Of a stretch of 64,000 nt of DNA, positions 38,615-47,455 are shown one piece after another. Every line of letters starts with the position of its first letter. Position 1 is the first letter of the stretch. The notes under the pieces were generated by a model, which did not search any database, was not told the origin of the DNA, and saw only the letters and a list, made by a program, of their open reading frames with translations. Origin of the DNA: Deltaproteobacteria bacterium (lineage in GTDB: Bacteria > Desulfobacterota > Desulfobacteria > Desulfobacterales > SG8-13); assembly GCA_041299015.1 (NCBI GenBank), contig JBFYWB010000111.1:47-64046 (forward strand), read 5' to 3'. The position numbers were made by a program, and so were the translations under genes.

Positions 38615-40943
38615 TTTTACCCCTTTCGCCGCTCACCGCCCGCTTTTCGGGATATTCGATGCGGTGGTGATGAATGGCGTTGAGTATCTTGTTGAAGCTC
38701 TTGGCGATTTTGTGTAGGTCCTTGAGGGTCAGCTCGCAGTTGTCGAGCTGACCGTCGGAAAAAACCTTGTTGATCAAATTCTGCACAAGGCCCTGGATTC
38801 TGGAAGGCGTGGGATTGGCCAGGGTCCGCGAGGCCGCTTCGACGACATCGGCCAGCATCACGAGCGCCACCTCCCGGGTCTGCGGTTTTGGTCCGGGATA
38901 TCTGAAGTCTTCGATTTTGACGGCGTCCTCGCCCTTTTGCTGTTTGGCCTTGTCGTAGAAATAGGTGATCAGGCTGGTGCCGTGGTGTTGCTGAATCGTG
39001 TCGATGATGGCGGGCCCCAACCGGTTGCGCTGCGCAATTTCGATGCCGTTTTTGACGTGGGCCACCAGAATCAGGCTCGACATAGACGGTGCCAGCTTGT
39101 CGTGCTTGTTTTTTCCGTTATGCTGATTTTCGATGAAGTAGAGCGGTTTTTTGATTTTTCCGATATCATGATAGTAGCCGCAAACCTTTGCCAGCAGAGA
39201 GTTGGCGCCGATTTCAGAGGCGGCTGCTTCGACCATCGAGCCGACGATCACCGAGTGGTGGTATGTTCCCGGTGCTTCCATGAGCAGTTGCCTTAGAATC
39301 GGGCGATCGAGATTGGCCAGTTCGAGCAGTTTGATGTCGGTGGTGTAGTCAAAGGCAATTTCAACCAGCGGGATGATTCCCGCGGCCACGATCCCAGAGC
39401 CGATGCCTCCTGAGAATGCGAATATCCAGTCCCACAGCAGTTTTTGTCCGGACATGCGGGAAAGATAAATGTCGATGGCGGTTACCATAAACAGGTTCAA
39501 AAGGCCGAGCGCCGTGCCGGCCCGGATGAAGACCTTCCGCTCGCGGCAGTTCCGGATCCAGTAGGCGGCCATCGTGCCGTTGATCAGGAAATAAATCAAA
39601 AGGGGAAAATCGGCCTGGAATATGACGGTCGCCAGAACGGCCATGATCACGGCGCAGGGCAGGGCGAGCTCGAAACCGAGGAAAAGGCAGATGATCATCG
39701 ATCCCGCGGCCAGTGGCGTGGCGTATAGAATAGCGGCTGGGTTCAGATCTGCAGGACCTCTTTCGGATAGAGCTTCGGATAGGTAGAGCGACAGCTGTGC
39801 CATCAGGAAGAACGCCGCCAGCACGAAGGCGACGAACAACAGACGCTTGTTCTGCTCGGCGTTGGTTTGCCCGAAGCTCGGTCGAAACAAGAAAAAGGTG
39901 GCGATAAACAGGCACATCACGAGCAGGGCCGCGCCGATGCTGTTCGTGATGACGTTGTCGTTTTGCATGTACTTCTGAAATGCGTCGAGTTTCAAGAGCT
40001 GAACCTCGGTCACGCGTTCGCCTTCACGCAAGAGCATTTCTCCGGCTTTGATCTTGTAGATAACCGGTCGGATATCTCCGGCGGCCAGTTTTTTGCGCTC
40101 CTCGGTTTCGCTCCGGTTCACAGTGATGTTGGGTTGGATCAGGCGTTGCGTGAGATCGATGACAAGGCTCCGGAGAGCGTAGCTCTGGTCTTTGAGCAGC
40201 GGTTCGCCGACATTGCGAACCATCGCTCTGGCTTGGTCCAAATCTAAAAATTGTTTCAGATCCGTTATCACCCGCTCATTTTTGGTGCTGAGATCCCTGA
40301 GGACGATGCCCTTTTCGGCGTCTCTCAGCAGAATGGCTCGGTTTGACACCACCCCTTTGCCCAATATGACCGACAAGAGTCGATCGACGGCCAAGACCAC
40401 CTGATATGGAAACTCTTCCTCCATAAGAATTTTAAAGGCCTCATCGCCGATGTCGATGCCGATTTTACGCGCAAAATCCTCCTTGTGCTGCCAGATCTGG
40501 TTGTTGCCGGGCGGGTTGTCCGGTTCCTCCTGGGAGGCCGGCCGGCCGGGGGCGACGGCTTCCGTCATCTCAGCCTGAAGGTCGTCGAATGCGCCGGCCA
40601 CGCGGGCATTCAGGGTCGGCTGCAGTGCGGTGTCGTGATCGTAAACCGTCAGAATGTCTTCGGACGCCCGTCGCCGATTGGCCTCTGTGGCGGAATAGTC
40701 CTCGATAAAAAAGTCCTGTGGTGCCTTGATATTTCGTTCGGCGACATCTCCCAGTTTATAGGACGGCTGGGTCACAATCAGATGGGGGTGGAGCAGCAGG
40801 ACAAAGAAAAGCGTCAGGGCCAGCAGCAGGACCCATCGAAAACTGCGGCTTTCGTAAAACAGCTTACGAACCGATTCGGTGCGTTTTTCGATAAGGGTCT
40901 GTCGGTCTTTGACGGCGGATTTGGTTGAGGGGGTCGGGTTCAC
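38514..40943 (-). CDS. 7TM-HD (HDIG) membrane phosphohydrolase, PgpH/YqfF-like (putative c-di-AMP phosphodiesterase); the start is uncertain.
   Basis: Extracellular domain, 7 TM helices, then the HD domain (GTYHHSVIVGSMVEAAA...GYYHDIGK...QQHHGT). The track start at 41102 overlaps phoH by 137 nt. I chose GTG 40943 just after the phoH stop. ATG 41036 is an alternative. Confidence 0.8.
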   Translation of the reverse strand: MNPTPSTKSAVKDRQTLIEKRTESVRKLFYESRSFRWVLLLALTLFFVLLLHPHLIVTQPSYKLGDVAERNIKAPQDFFIEDYSATEANRRRASEDILTVYDHDTALQPTLNARVAGAFDDLQAEMTEAVAPGRPASQEEPDNPPGNNQIWQHKEDFARKIGIDIGDEAFKILMEEEFPYQVVLAVDRLLSVILGKGVVSNRAILLRDAEKGIVLRDLSTKNERVITDLKQFLDLDQARAMVRNVGEPLLKDQSYALRSLVIDLTQRLIQPNITVNRSETEERKKLAAGDIRPVIYKIKAGEMLLREGERVTEVQLLKLDAFQKYMQNDNVITNSIGAALLVMCLFIATFFLFRPSFGQTNAEQNKRLLFVAFVLAAFFLMAQLSLYLSEALSERGPADLNPAAILYATPLAAGSMIICLFLGFELALPCAVIMAVLATVIFQADFPLLIYFLINGTMAAYWIRNCRERKVFIRAGTALGLLNLFMVTAIDIYLSRMSGQKLLWDWIFAFSGGIGSGIVAAGIIPLVEIAFDYTTDIKLLELANLDRPILRQLLMEAPGTYHHSVIVGSMVEAAASEIGANSLLAKVCGYYHDIGKIKKPLYFIENQHNGKNKHDKLAPSMSSLILVAHVKNGIEIAQRNRLGPAIIDTIQQHHGTSLITYFYDKAKQQKGEDAVKIEDFRYPGPKPQTREVALVMLADVVEAASRTLANPTPSRIQGLVQNLINKVFSDGQLDNCELTLKDLHKIAKSFNKILNAIHHHRIEYPEKRAVSGERGKIGNPDRQPPKQPPDFPRENSEKSPSHLRRLGQF

Positions 40944-40965
40944 TAAACGCCCAATGCTCTGTGGG

Positions 40966-41967
40966 TTATTTCTTCGCCTCGTCCAGGTCTTCGTAGGCCT
41001 TGATGATTTCCTGCACGAGCCGGTGCCTGACGACATCGGTCTTTGAAAAAAAGACAAACCGGATGCCCTTGATCCCCTTGAGGATATTCTTCGCCTGCAC
41101 AAGTCCCGAGGGTCTGTCTGTCGGCAGGTCGATCTGGGTGATATCGCCGGTGATAACCGCCCTGGAATTGAATCCGATGCGGGTCAGAAACATTTTCATC
41201 TGTTCCGAGGTCGTGTTCTGGGCTTCGTCCAGGATGATAAAAGCATCGTTCAACGTTCTCCCCCGCATGAAGGCAATCGGCGCCACCTCGATGATCCCCT
41301 GGTGCATCAGAGCGTTAACTTTCTCGAAACGCATCATATCGTGGAGGGCGTCATAGAGCGGCCGCAGGTATGGGTCGACTTTTTCGGCCAGATCGCCGGG
41401 GAGAAATCCCAGGGCCTCCCCGGCTTCGACCGCCGGGCGGGTCAGGACAATGCGGTTGAGCCGACCTTTGTTGAGCGCTTCCACGGCCATGGCCATCGCC
41501 AAATAGGTCTTGCCGGTGCCGGCGGGTCCGATGCCAAAAACGATATCATGACTCCGTATGGCATCGATATACTCTTTTTGAGCCGGGCTCTTGGGCGCGA
41601 TGAAACTCCGTTTGGACTTGACCAGAATCGCGTCGAGAAAGATATCTTTGAGTTTAGCCCTGTCATTGCCGCTCAAGACGTTGATCGCATAGTCTATATC
41701 GTTGGGGTGGACAGGGTAGTTGGCCTCCAGGAGCCCGTATAGCTGATTCAACAGGTTCTCGGTCAGGCGAGCGGCGATCGCCTCGCCCTCGATAAAGACG
41801 GTGTTGCCCCTGGCGTTGACGTGTACCTCGAGAGCGCCGGCAATTTTTTGCAGGTTGCCGTTGTGCTCACCGAACAGCTGACGGGCCAGAGCGATGTCAG
41901 GAAAGTCCAGCTTGACCCTCAAGGGCTCGGCTTTGGAATCGGTTTCTGCGTCAGGGCGCGGTTTCAT
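40966..41967 (-). CDS. PhoH-family ATPase.
   Basis: GIGPAGTGKTYLAMA (P-loop), ILDEAQNTT and VITGDITQIDLP. Confidence 0.92.
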   Translation of the reverse strand: MKPRPDAETDSKAEPLRVKLDFPDIALARQLFGEHNGNLQKIAGALEVHVNARGNTVFIEGEAIAARLTENLLNQLYGLLEANYPVHPNDIDYAINVLSGNDRAKLKDIFLDAILVKSKRSFIAPKSPAQKEYIDAIRSHDIVFGIGPAGTGKTYLAMAMAVEALNKGRLNRIVLTRPAVEAGEALGFLPGDLAEKVDPYLRPLYDALHDMMRFEKVNALMHQGIIEVAPIAFMRGRTLNDAFIILDEAQNTTSEQMKMFLTRIGFNSRAVITGDITQIDLPTDRPSGLVQAKNILKGIKGIRFVFFSKTDVVRHRLVQEIIKAYEDLDEAKK

Positions 41968-42309
41968 TAGTTTTTCCCAATTCCGGCATCGAGACCCCCA
42001 CTATCCTCGCGCGTGTGCTCACGTCAATCGCCGATCGACTTGATTTCCTATCACATCTGTTCACTCAAATGCAAATGATCAATAATGATTTAACATCGGC
42101 CCGCCTAAAAACACCTTGACTCAAAACGACGGTCGATGTTAATTCGAGAGCTTATTTCACGTGCAGCGGTTTTTGACGGAGCGGTCGCCATCGGGTTTCC
42201 GACCCCCGAAGTCGGTCGTTCCTCTCACGGTCGATGCCACCCACGGCATCGTGCGAAGGCAACCTCGTGTACGGAGCGAAAGCCAAAGCCGACGACTCAA
42301 CAGGACGCC

Positions 42310-42837
42310 ATGAATCCGTTTGACATACTAACCGTCGTGATCTTTGCCTACAGCGCCATCAGAGGGATCTTTCGTGGTCTCATCAAAGAGATGGCCTCGA
42401 TTGTGGGGGTTCTGGCGGGATATTACGCGGCCTATTCCTACTACGACGACATCGCCGCATTGCTGTTGCGTTGGGTGACGAATACGGTGTACCTCAACAT
42501 CGCGAGTTTTCTGATTCTTTTCTGCGTTGTTTTTCTCATCGTCAGCGCCATCGGCGTGATCATCAAATATGTTCTCCGGATTGCCTTCCTGGGCTGGCTT
42601 GACCGCATCTGCGGCGCCCTCTTCGGCATGGCCAAAGCCGTTTTGATTGCGGCCGTGTTGTTGATCGTGATGACCGTTTTCCTCCCGCAGAACGCACCTC
42701 TCGTAAAATCTTCCGTGCTGGCACCGCACGTGATCACCGTCTCCGAAAAGATGGTCAAGGTCGTTCCCAAGGAGATGAAGCAAAAGTTTTCTTCCAAATT
42801 AGAGGCCTTGAAAAAGTCCTGGAAAATCAGTCCGTGA
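42310..42837 (+). CDS. cvpA: CvpA-family membrane protein.
   Basis: Start MNPFDILTVVIFAYSAIRGIFRGLIKE, the typical CvpA N-terminus, followed by 4 TM helices. The track start at 42136 is over-extended. Confidence 0.85.
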   Translation: MNPFDILTVVIFAYSAIRGIFRGLIKEMASIVGVLAGYYAAYSYYDDIAALLLRWVTNTVYLNIASFLILFCVVFLIVSAIGVIIKYVLRIAFLGWLDRICGALFGMAKAVLIAAVLLIVMTVFLPQNAPLVKSSVLAPHVITVSEKMVKVVPKEMKQKFSSKLEALKKSWKISP

Positions 42838-43655
42838 GATCGAAGACACCCCCAGCGACGAGCCTTGATCCTTTCCGGGCGCTGATGCAGCTGATTCAGA
42901 CTCTCAGGGGGCCGGACGGTTGCCCGTGGGACAAGCAGCAGACGCCCCGGTCGGCGGCGCTGTATCTGACCGAAGAGATTTATGAACTGGTCGATGCGAT
43001 CGAATCGGGAAATCCCGAAAAAATTCGTGAAGAGCTCGGAGATGTGCTGTTCCAGGTTTTTTTCATCGCCGAGCTGGCCCATGAAGCAGGTCAGTTCGAC
43101 ATCGGCGAGGTAGCGCTGCGCACCACCGAGAAAATGATCGGGCGGCATCCGCATGTTTTTGGTGCCGACCGGTTGGACAGCACCGAAGCGGTCCGTGAAC
43201 GCTGGCATCAAATCAAACAACGCGAAAAAGGGAATGCAGGCGTGACATCGGCGCTCGATTCCGTGCCGGTCCAGTTGCCGGCGCTGATAAGGGCCTACAG
43301 GATTTCTGAACGGGCTGCCCGCATGGGGTTCGACTGGCAGGACATTGCCGGGGTCATGGAAAAAGTCGAAGAGGAGTGGGCCGAGTTCAAAAATGCCCAA
43401 GGAGGCGATCATCCCGAACAGGCGGCCATAGAACTCGGCGACGTTTTTTTCACGCTGGCCAACGTCGCCCGTTTTGTTCAGATCCATCCGGAGACCGCCC
43501 TGACGGGGGCGATCAAAAAGTTCGAGTGTCGCTTCAGAGAATTGGAGAAGCGTGCCGCCGAACAGGGAGTGGCCATGCAGAGCCGCTCCCAAGCGGAACT
43601 AGATAGAATTTGGGAGCAAATCAAAACGGAGGAGGAAAGGGGCCGGATTGTTTAG
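42834..43655 (+). CDS. mazG: Nucleoside triphosphate pyrophosphohydrolase MazG.
   Basis: GCPWDKQQT, EEIYELVDAIE, ELGDVLFQV and a second EELGDV-like repeat (IELGDVFFTLANV). The GTG start overlaps the cvpA stop (GTGA). Confidence 0.9.
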   Translation: MRSKTPPATSLDPFRALMQLIQTLRGPDGCPWDKQQTPRSAALYLTEEIYELVDAIESGNPEKIREELGDVLFQVFFIAELAHEAGQFDIGEVALRTTEKMIGRHPHVFGADRLDSTEAVRERWHQIKQREKGNAGVTSALDSVPVQLPALIRAYRISERAARMGFDWQDIAGVMEKVEEEWAEFKNAQGGDHPEQAAIELGDVFFTLANVARFVQIHPETALTGAIKKFECRFRELEKRAAEQGVAMQSRSQAELDRIWEQIKTEEERGRIV

Positions 43656-43863
43656 CCGCTGTTTTTCCCAAGACCGCTGCGGCAGGGTTTTCTTTACGGT
43701 ATCCGCTGAAAAACAGATTGCCGCGGCAGCCGGCTTCGACTACTAAAACAAGGTTCCTTCAAAGTTGCTTTTCGAGTTGCGGCGCAGCGACTTGGAAAAC
43801 AGGCCGACCGCAGCCCGTTCCCACCGCCAAGCCGGCGGAATTTCCGCTTGCTGGAATTGCTGC

Positions 43864-44163
43864 TCAGGCAATCTCGCCGAAAGGAACGTATCCCGGCGGA
43901 ATCTTCTGAACGAGTTTACCCCTTCGATCGTATTTTTCGAGGACTATTATTCCTTCCTCGACACGTTGCCGGGTGGTGGTGTCGGTGTTGTCCTCATTTG
44001 ACGGCTGACCGCTTAACCCTTGGCTGTTATCGGTCTTTTCGACCGGACGTTCCCGCCTGGCTTGCATTTCTTTTTGTAACGCAACTTCTCGGCCATTGAC
44101 CGCATTGGCGAAAGATCCCCGCGTTGTCTGCTGTGCGATGGCCTCTCCGATGGCATTGATCAT
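43864..44163 (-). CDS. Small hypothetical protein with a FlaG-like C-terminal segment (tentative).
   Basis: 99 aa with a strong GGGAGG RBS. IIVLEKYDRRGKLVQKIPPGY resembles the FlaG VVKVIDxxTGEVIRQIPPEE segment. The similarity is weak and judged by eye only. Confidence 0.45.
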   Translation of the reverse strand: MINAIGEAIAQQTTRGSFANAVNGREVALQKEMQARRERPVEKTDNSQGLSGQPSNEDNTDTTTRQRVEEGIIVLEKYDRRGKLVQKIPPGYVPFGEIA

Positions 44164-44338
44164 GTCTTGCTACCTCCCGATTAGCGCACTCACCGCCTGG
44201 AATCAAGGAGTATCGGTTCCGGGTGTTAAAGGGCCGCAGGATGAGCTCATCTGACATTTCGAGGCACATCCGTTAACCCCGATCAAGGCAACAGTTCACG
44301 TTTGCCTTGTGGTGGCCGCCCGTTGCGCCGCTGCGGCT

Positions 44339-44770
44339 TCAAACGGAAAATGAGTGCGCCCTGCGATCCATCATCTTTCTGGCCAATTCTTCAAAGCGCC
44401 GGGCCAGAAAATCGGCGTCTTCCACCGATAACGTATGGGTTTTCTTTGCGGATTCACCGCGGATGACATTGTAGACGAATGTGTCATTGCGGGTGTCCGA
44501 GATTTTATTCCGGTCATTGGGTTCTTGTCCGAGGCTTTCGGTCATTGTCGGTTCACCGTCGCTCTGACCGCCGCCATTTCTGATGCGGGCGACGATGTCG
44601 GCCGCAATTCTGTCGATGAGGTTCTGCCGCGTGCCATCGGCCGATGCGGCGATGACGTCCGCATTCGGTTTGCAAGCGGGCAGGCTTTCAGAAACAGGCG
44701 CCCTGAACTTGTAGAGCTGGTCGGTGTAGATTTTGAGGACATTGTGCATCTGATCATTCGTTATGTACAT
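44339..44770 (-). CDS. Hypothetical 143-aa protein, probably in the sigma-28 (flagellar) regulon.
   Basis: GGGGTG RBS, and coding looks real. It is preceded by a FliA-type promoter (next feature). I recognise no family with confidence. Confidence 0.6.
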   Translation of the reverse strand: MYITNDQMHNVLKIYTDQLYKFRAPVSESLPACKPNADVIAASADGTRQNLIDRIAADIVARIRNGGGQSDGEPTMTESLGQEPNDRNKISDTRNDTFVYNVIRGESAKKTHTLSVEDADFLARRFEELARKMMDRRAHSFSV

Positions 44771-44836
44771 GTCACCCCACCATTGATGCCAGTCGTCTGG
44801 GAATTTCTCCCCGCCGTCAGTGATTGACTGAATTTG

Positions 44837-44864
44837 TTATCGGCCCGCCGGCTTGAAACCTTGA
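44837..44864 (-). promoter_or_regulatory. Sigma-28 (FliA)-type promoter.
   Basis: Minus strand TCAA(GG)-16 nt-GCCGATAA, compared with the consensus TAAA-N15-GCCGATAA. It lies about 65 nt upstream of ATG 44770. Confidence 0.55.
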
Positions 44865-44895
44865 ATCCTATTTTGGGTGACAGTTGTCCTCGTCG

Positions 44896-44935
44896 AAAAA
44901 CAAAAAAGGGGCCTAAATCTATAAGCCCCTTTTTT
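44896..44935 (-). terminator. Rho-independent (bidirectional-looking) terminator after fba.
   Basis: AAAAAAGGGGC-loop-GCCCCTTTTTT, with A/T runs on both sides. It lies 45 nt downstream of the fba stop. Confidence 0.8.
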
Positions 44936-44980
44936 AATAACGGATACAGTATATTATGCATACATGTTCATGTTTTGATT

Positions 44981-46267
44981 TTAATCATCGAAATTTCCCT
45001 CCAGGCCCTTGCTCGAAGGGATGGCCCGTGCCCGGTCGACGATTTTTTCAGGCGTCCATTGCGCTGGCTCTTCGATCCTTTCGGCCTTTTGACCTGGATC
45101 GCAACCGCCGGAGGTCAGAATCGCCTGAATGGCCAGAGGGGCCGTGTCGGCCGCATTGAAAACATCGACCATCAAGTGGTAGGCAAAGTCTTCTACCCGT
45201 CGAACCATGCGTTCCCGGATATCGAAGGGTTGACCGAGGAGCCTGTTTTCGAAAGGCAGATTGAGCTTTTTGTAATTACCGGGGGTTAGACCGGCGGCCT
45301 GCGCATAGGCGACCATCTGCCGCCACATGTCTTCAGAGACCCCCTGGCCCTCGATTTTGATGAAGCCGCCCTGTTCATCAAGCAGGGCGTTTCCATAGTC
45401 ATTGACCTCCAGACCCCAGGAAATCATTTGCAGGGCGGTGGCCACGTTGGCCTTGGTGGTCCGGGTGCTTTGGGCAATCTGCTTGAGACGCTCCGTGCTG
45501 TTTCCGGAGGTGCCGTGTTGGGCACCGGACACGTTGTATTTGGCAAGCGCATCGTGAATCTGCCGGGTCAGGTCGACTTGAATACCCTGTGCGCTGGCCT
45601 CGATCCCATGAGTGGTGCCGTTGTTCAGGGCGATCCAATCCGGAAGAATGCCATGGGCGTTGAGCCCCTGGATGAGAAAGAGAGCTTCCGGTACGGTGGA
45701 GAGGCCGGTTTTACCCTTGATTTCACCCACTTCGGTTTCGAGTCCGGCCCAATCCGGCACGCTTCGGTTGAGTGCAATGCTGGCAAGCAGGTTCTGCTCA
45801 TCGGGCAGATGGGAGGCATCGATGGCGATTGACGTGACTCCGGCTTCGAAAATCGTCGGGATCTCGGTTTTTGCCGCTACGACATCGGCATCGCTTTTGA
45901 TGCCGTAATGGTCGGCATGCACGGCAACGGGCACCGTGATGCCGAGTTCATTGCAGGCGGCATCCACCTGACGGGCGATATTCCAATAGTTGACGGCGCA
46001 ATAAGCGCTGGCGCCGCCCTCTGATTTTGCGATTTCAACGATGAGGGCCGCGTTGGCCCTTTGGGCGGCACGCAACACGCCCCGTATGATGAAACTGCTC
46101 CGTCCGTTGGCAGCCATGGCGATCGCCTTGCCTTTGGCCAACATCGCTCGGTCGATGAATTTGCCGCTCACGATCAGGGCTTTCGAATTGGGAAAGAGGC
46201 GTGTAATCGCAGGGGGCCGACCGATCCGCAGGGCTTCCTCGAATTCATTGGCGGAGACCTGAATCAT
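44981..46267 (-). CDS. fba: Class II fructose/ketose-bisphosphate aldolase (long form).
   Basis: 428 aa. PVAVHADHYG, IAIDASHL and GAQHGTSG are class II aldolase metal and phosphate motifs. Confidence 0.88.
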   Translation of the reverse strand: MIQVSANEFEEALRIGRPPAITRLFPNSKALIVSGKFIDRAMLAKGKAIAMAANGRSSFIIRGVLRAAQRANAALIVEIAKSEGGASAYCAVNYWNIARQVDAACNELGITVPVAVHADHYGIKSDADVVAAKTEIPTIFEAGVTSIAIDASHLPDEQNLLASIALNRSVPDWAGLETEVGEIKGKTGLSTVPEALFLIQGLNAHGILPDWIALNNGTTHGIEASAQGIQVDLTRQIHDALAKYNVSGAQHGTSGNSTERLKQIAQSTRTTKANVATALQMISWGLEVNDYGNALLDEQGGFIKIEGQGVSEDMWRQMVAYAQAAGLTPGNYKKLNLPFENRLLGQPFDIRERMVRRVEDFAYHLMVDVFNAADTAPLAIQAILTSGGCDPGQKAERIEEPAQWTPEKIVDRARAIPSSKGLEGNFDD

Positions 46268-46425
46268 TTTAAATTTCCTTTTTGAAGTTGAAACAGCCCG
46301 TCATAAGCCGTGTCGTGAAATGAACGTATCCGATGGGGAATGTGTTGATCCGTGAGAATGAATTCGATCACCTGGGCCTCAACGAGGCTCTCCAGCGGCG
46401 CGATTTTGACATACTCTTTGGTCAT
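46264..46425 (-). CDS. Possible 53-aa protein translationally coupled to fba (DUF2007-like by eye).
   Basis: MTKEYVKIAPLESLVEAQVIEFILTDQHIPHRIRSFHDTAYDGLFQLQKGNLK-stop. Its TGA overlaps the fba ATG (ATGA). The RBS is weak, and it is below the 60-aa track cut-off. Confidence 0.35.
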   Translation of the reverse strand: MTKEYVKIAPLESLVEAQVIEFILTDQHIPHRIRSFHDTAYDGLFQLQKGNLK

Positions 46426-46464
46426 GTGGGGATTTTTGGCCGCTGGAATCTCAAAGGCGCACCG

Positions 46465-47016
46465 TTAAGGAGCCGTTGATTTCGGCCCGGTCTTGTTTGC
46501 TTGGCCAACTCTGGCGTTGTAATCCTCCACATCACTGAAAAATTCTTTGCGCTTGCGGTCGTGCTCTTGTAGTTTTTCGTTCAGCTTCCTGACGCTCTCG
46601 TTGTACTGGTCCGCATCGGCCCTGTTCTTGACGGTTTTTTTAATGTCATTCAGGTCAGTATTTTCCTTAACGAGAGCTTCGTACTCGCTGGCCAATTCGG
46701 CTTTTCTCTGATCCAACATTTTTAATTGATGGTCGAAATCGTCCGTTTGAGCCTCATCAGGCGTCTTGCTCGACAGGGCTTGGTCTGATTCCGGGTTGCC
46801 GCTCGGGTCACTTCTGGCCTGTGGCACTGCTGCGGGCCGCTCAGGCCGATATTCCTCGTAGCCCTGGGCCTGTTCCCTCTGATCGGCGGGCACTTTATTG
46901 AAATCGTCTGTAAAGTGGACGTTGCCTTTTTCATCTACGTATTTGTAAAAATCCGCCGAAACCGTGCTCGCGTAAAAGAGAAAAACAAGCGGCAGAATGA
47001 TTTTAAACCATCTCAT
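46465..47016 (-). CDS. DUF4124 domain protein with a coiled-coil C-terminal region, secreted.
   Basis: Signal peptide, then ADFYKYVDEKGNVHFTDD (DUF4124 signature). Confidence 0.8.
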   Translation of the reverse strand: MRWFKIILPLVFLFYASTVSADFYKYVDEKGNVHFTDDFNKVPADQREQAQGYEEYRPERPAAVPQARSDPSGNPESDQALSSKTPDEAQTDDFDHQLKMLDQRKAELASEYEALVKENTDLNDIKKTVKNRADADQYNESVRKLNEKLQEHDRKRKEFFSDVEDYNARVGQANKTGPKSTAP

Positions 47017-47455
47017 AAAAAATAACCTCCTTTCAGGAGTTTATTATGTAAAATATAAAGTTTTAATTTAATAAATTTCTGGGCCGTTCGGGAACTGTCC
47101 AGCATCGGATAGATATCCTTTATGAATACAATGTAATCTAACATATCGAGGGCTGTTTTGCAAATATTCTCAGGTGCCGAAGGCCGGCCGCCCTATGGTC
47201 TCCTCCTACCGGCCGGGGGCGCTTGCGCACAGCGTTTCAGTCGTTTCGGCGGGGCGTGTCCCTATCGGTGCCGTCCGTCTGAGCGGACGCGTCGATGGCA
47301 CGGGGTTGTTCTATTTTGGAACGGCCCGTGATATGGTTATTAATCTTCAAGGGCTGAAAGTAAGGCTGTTTTTACCCGGCCCGACCCACCGTTAATTTGG
47401 TGTTCGACAGGTCGGCATATCTACCGTGACAGGGGTCATTCGGGGAGATGCAACG

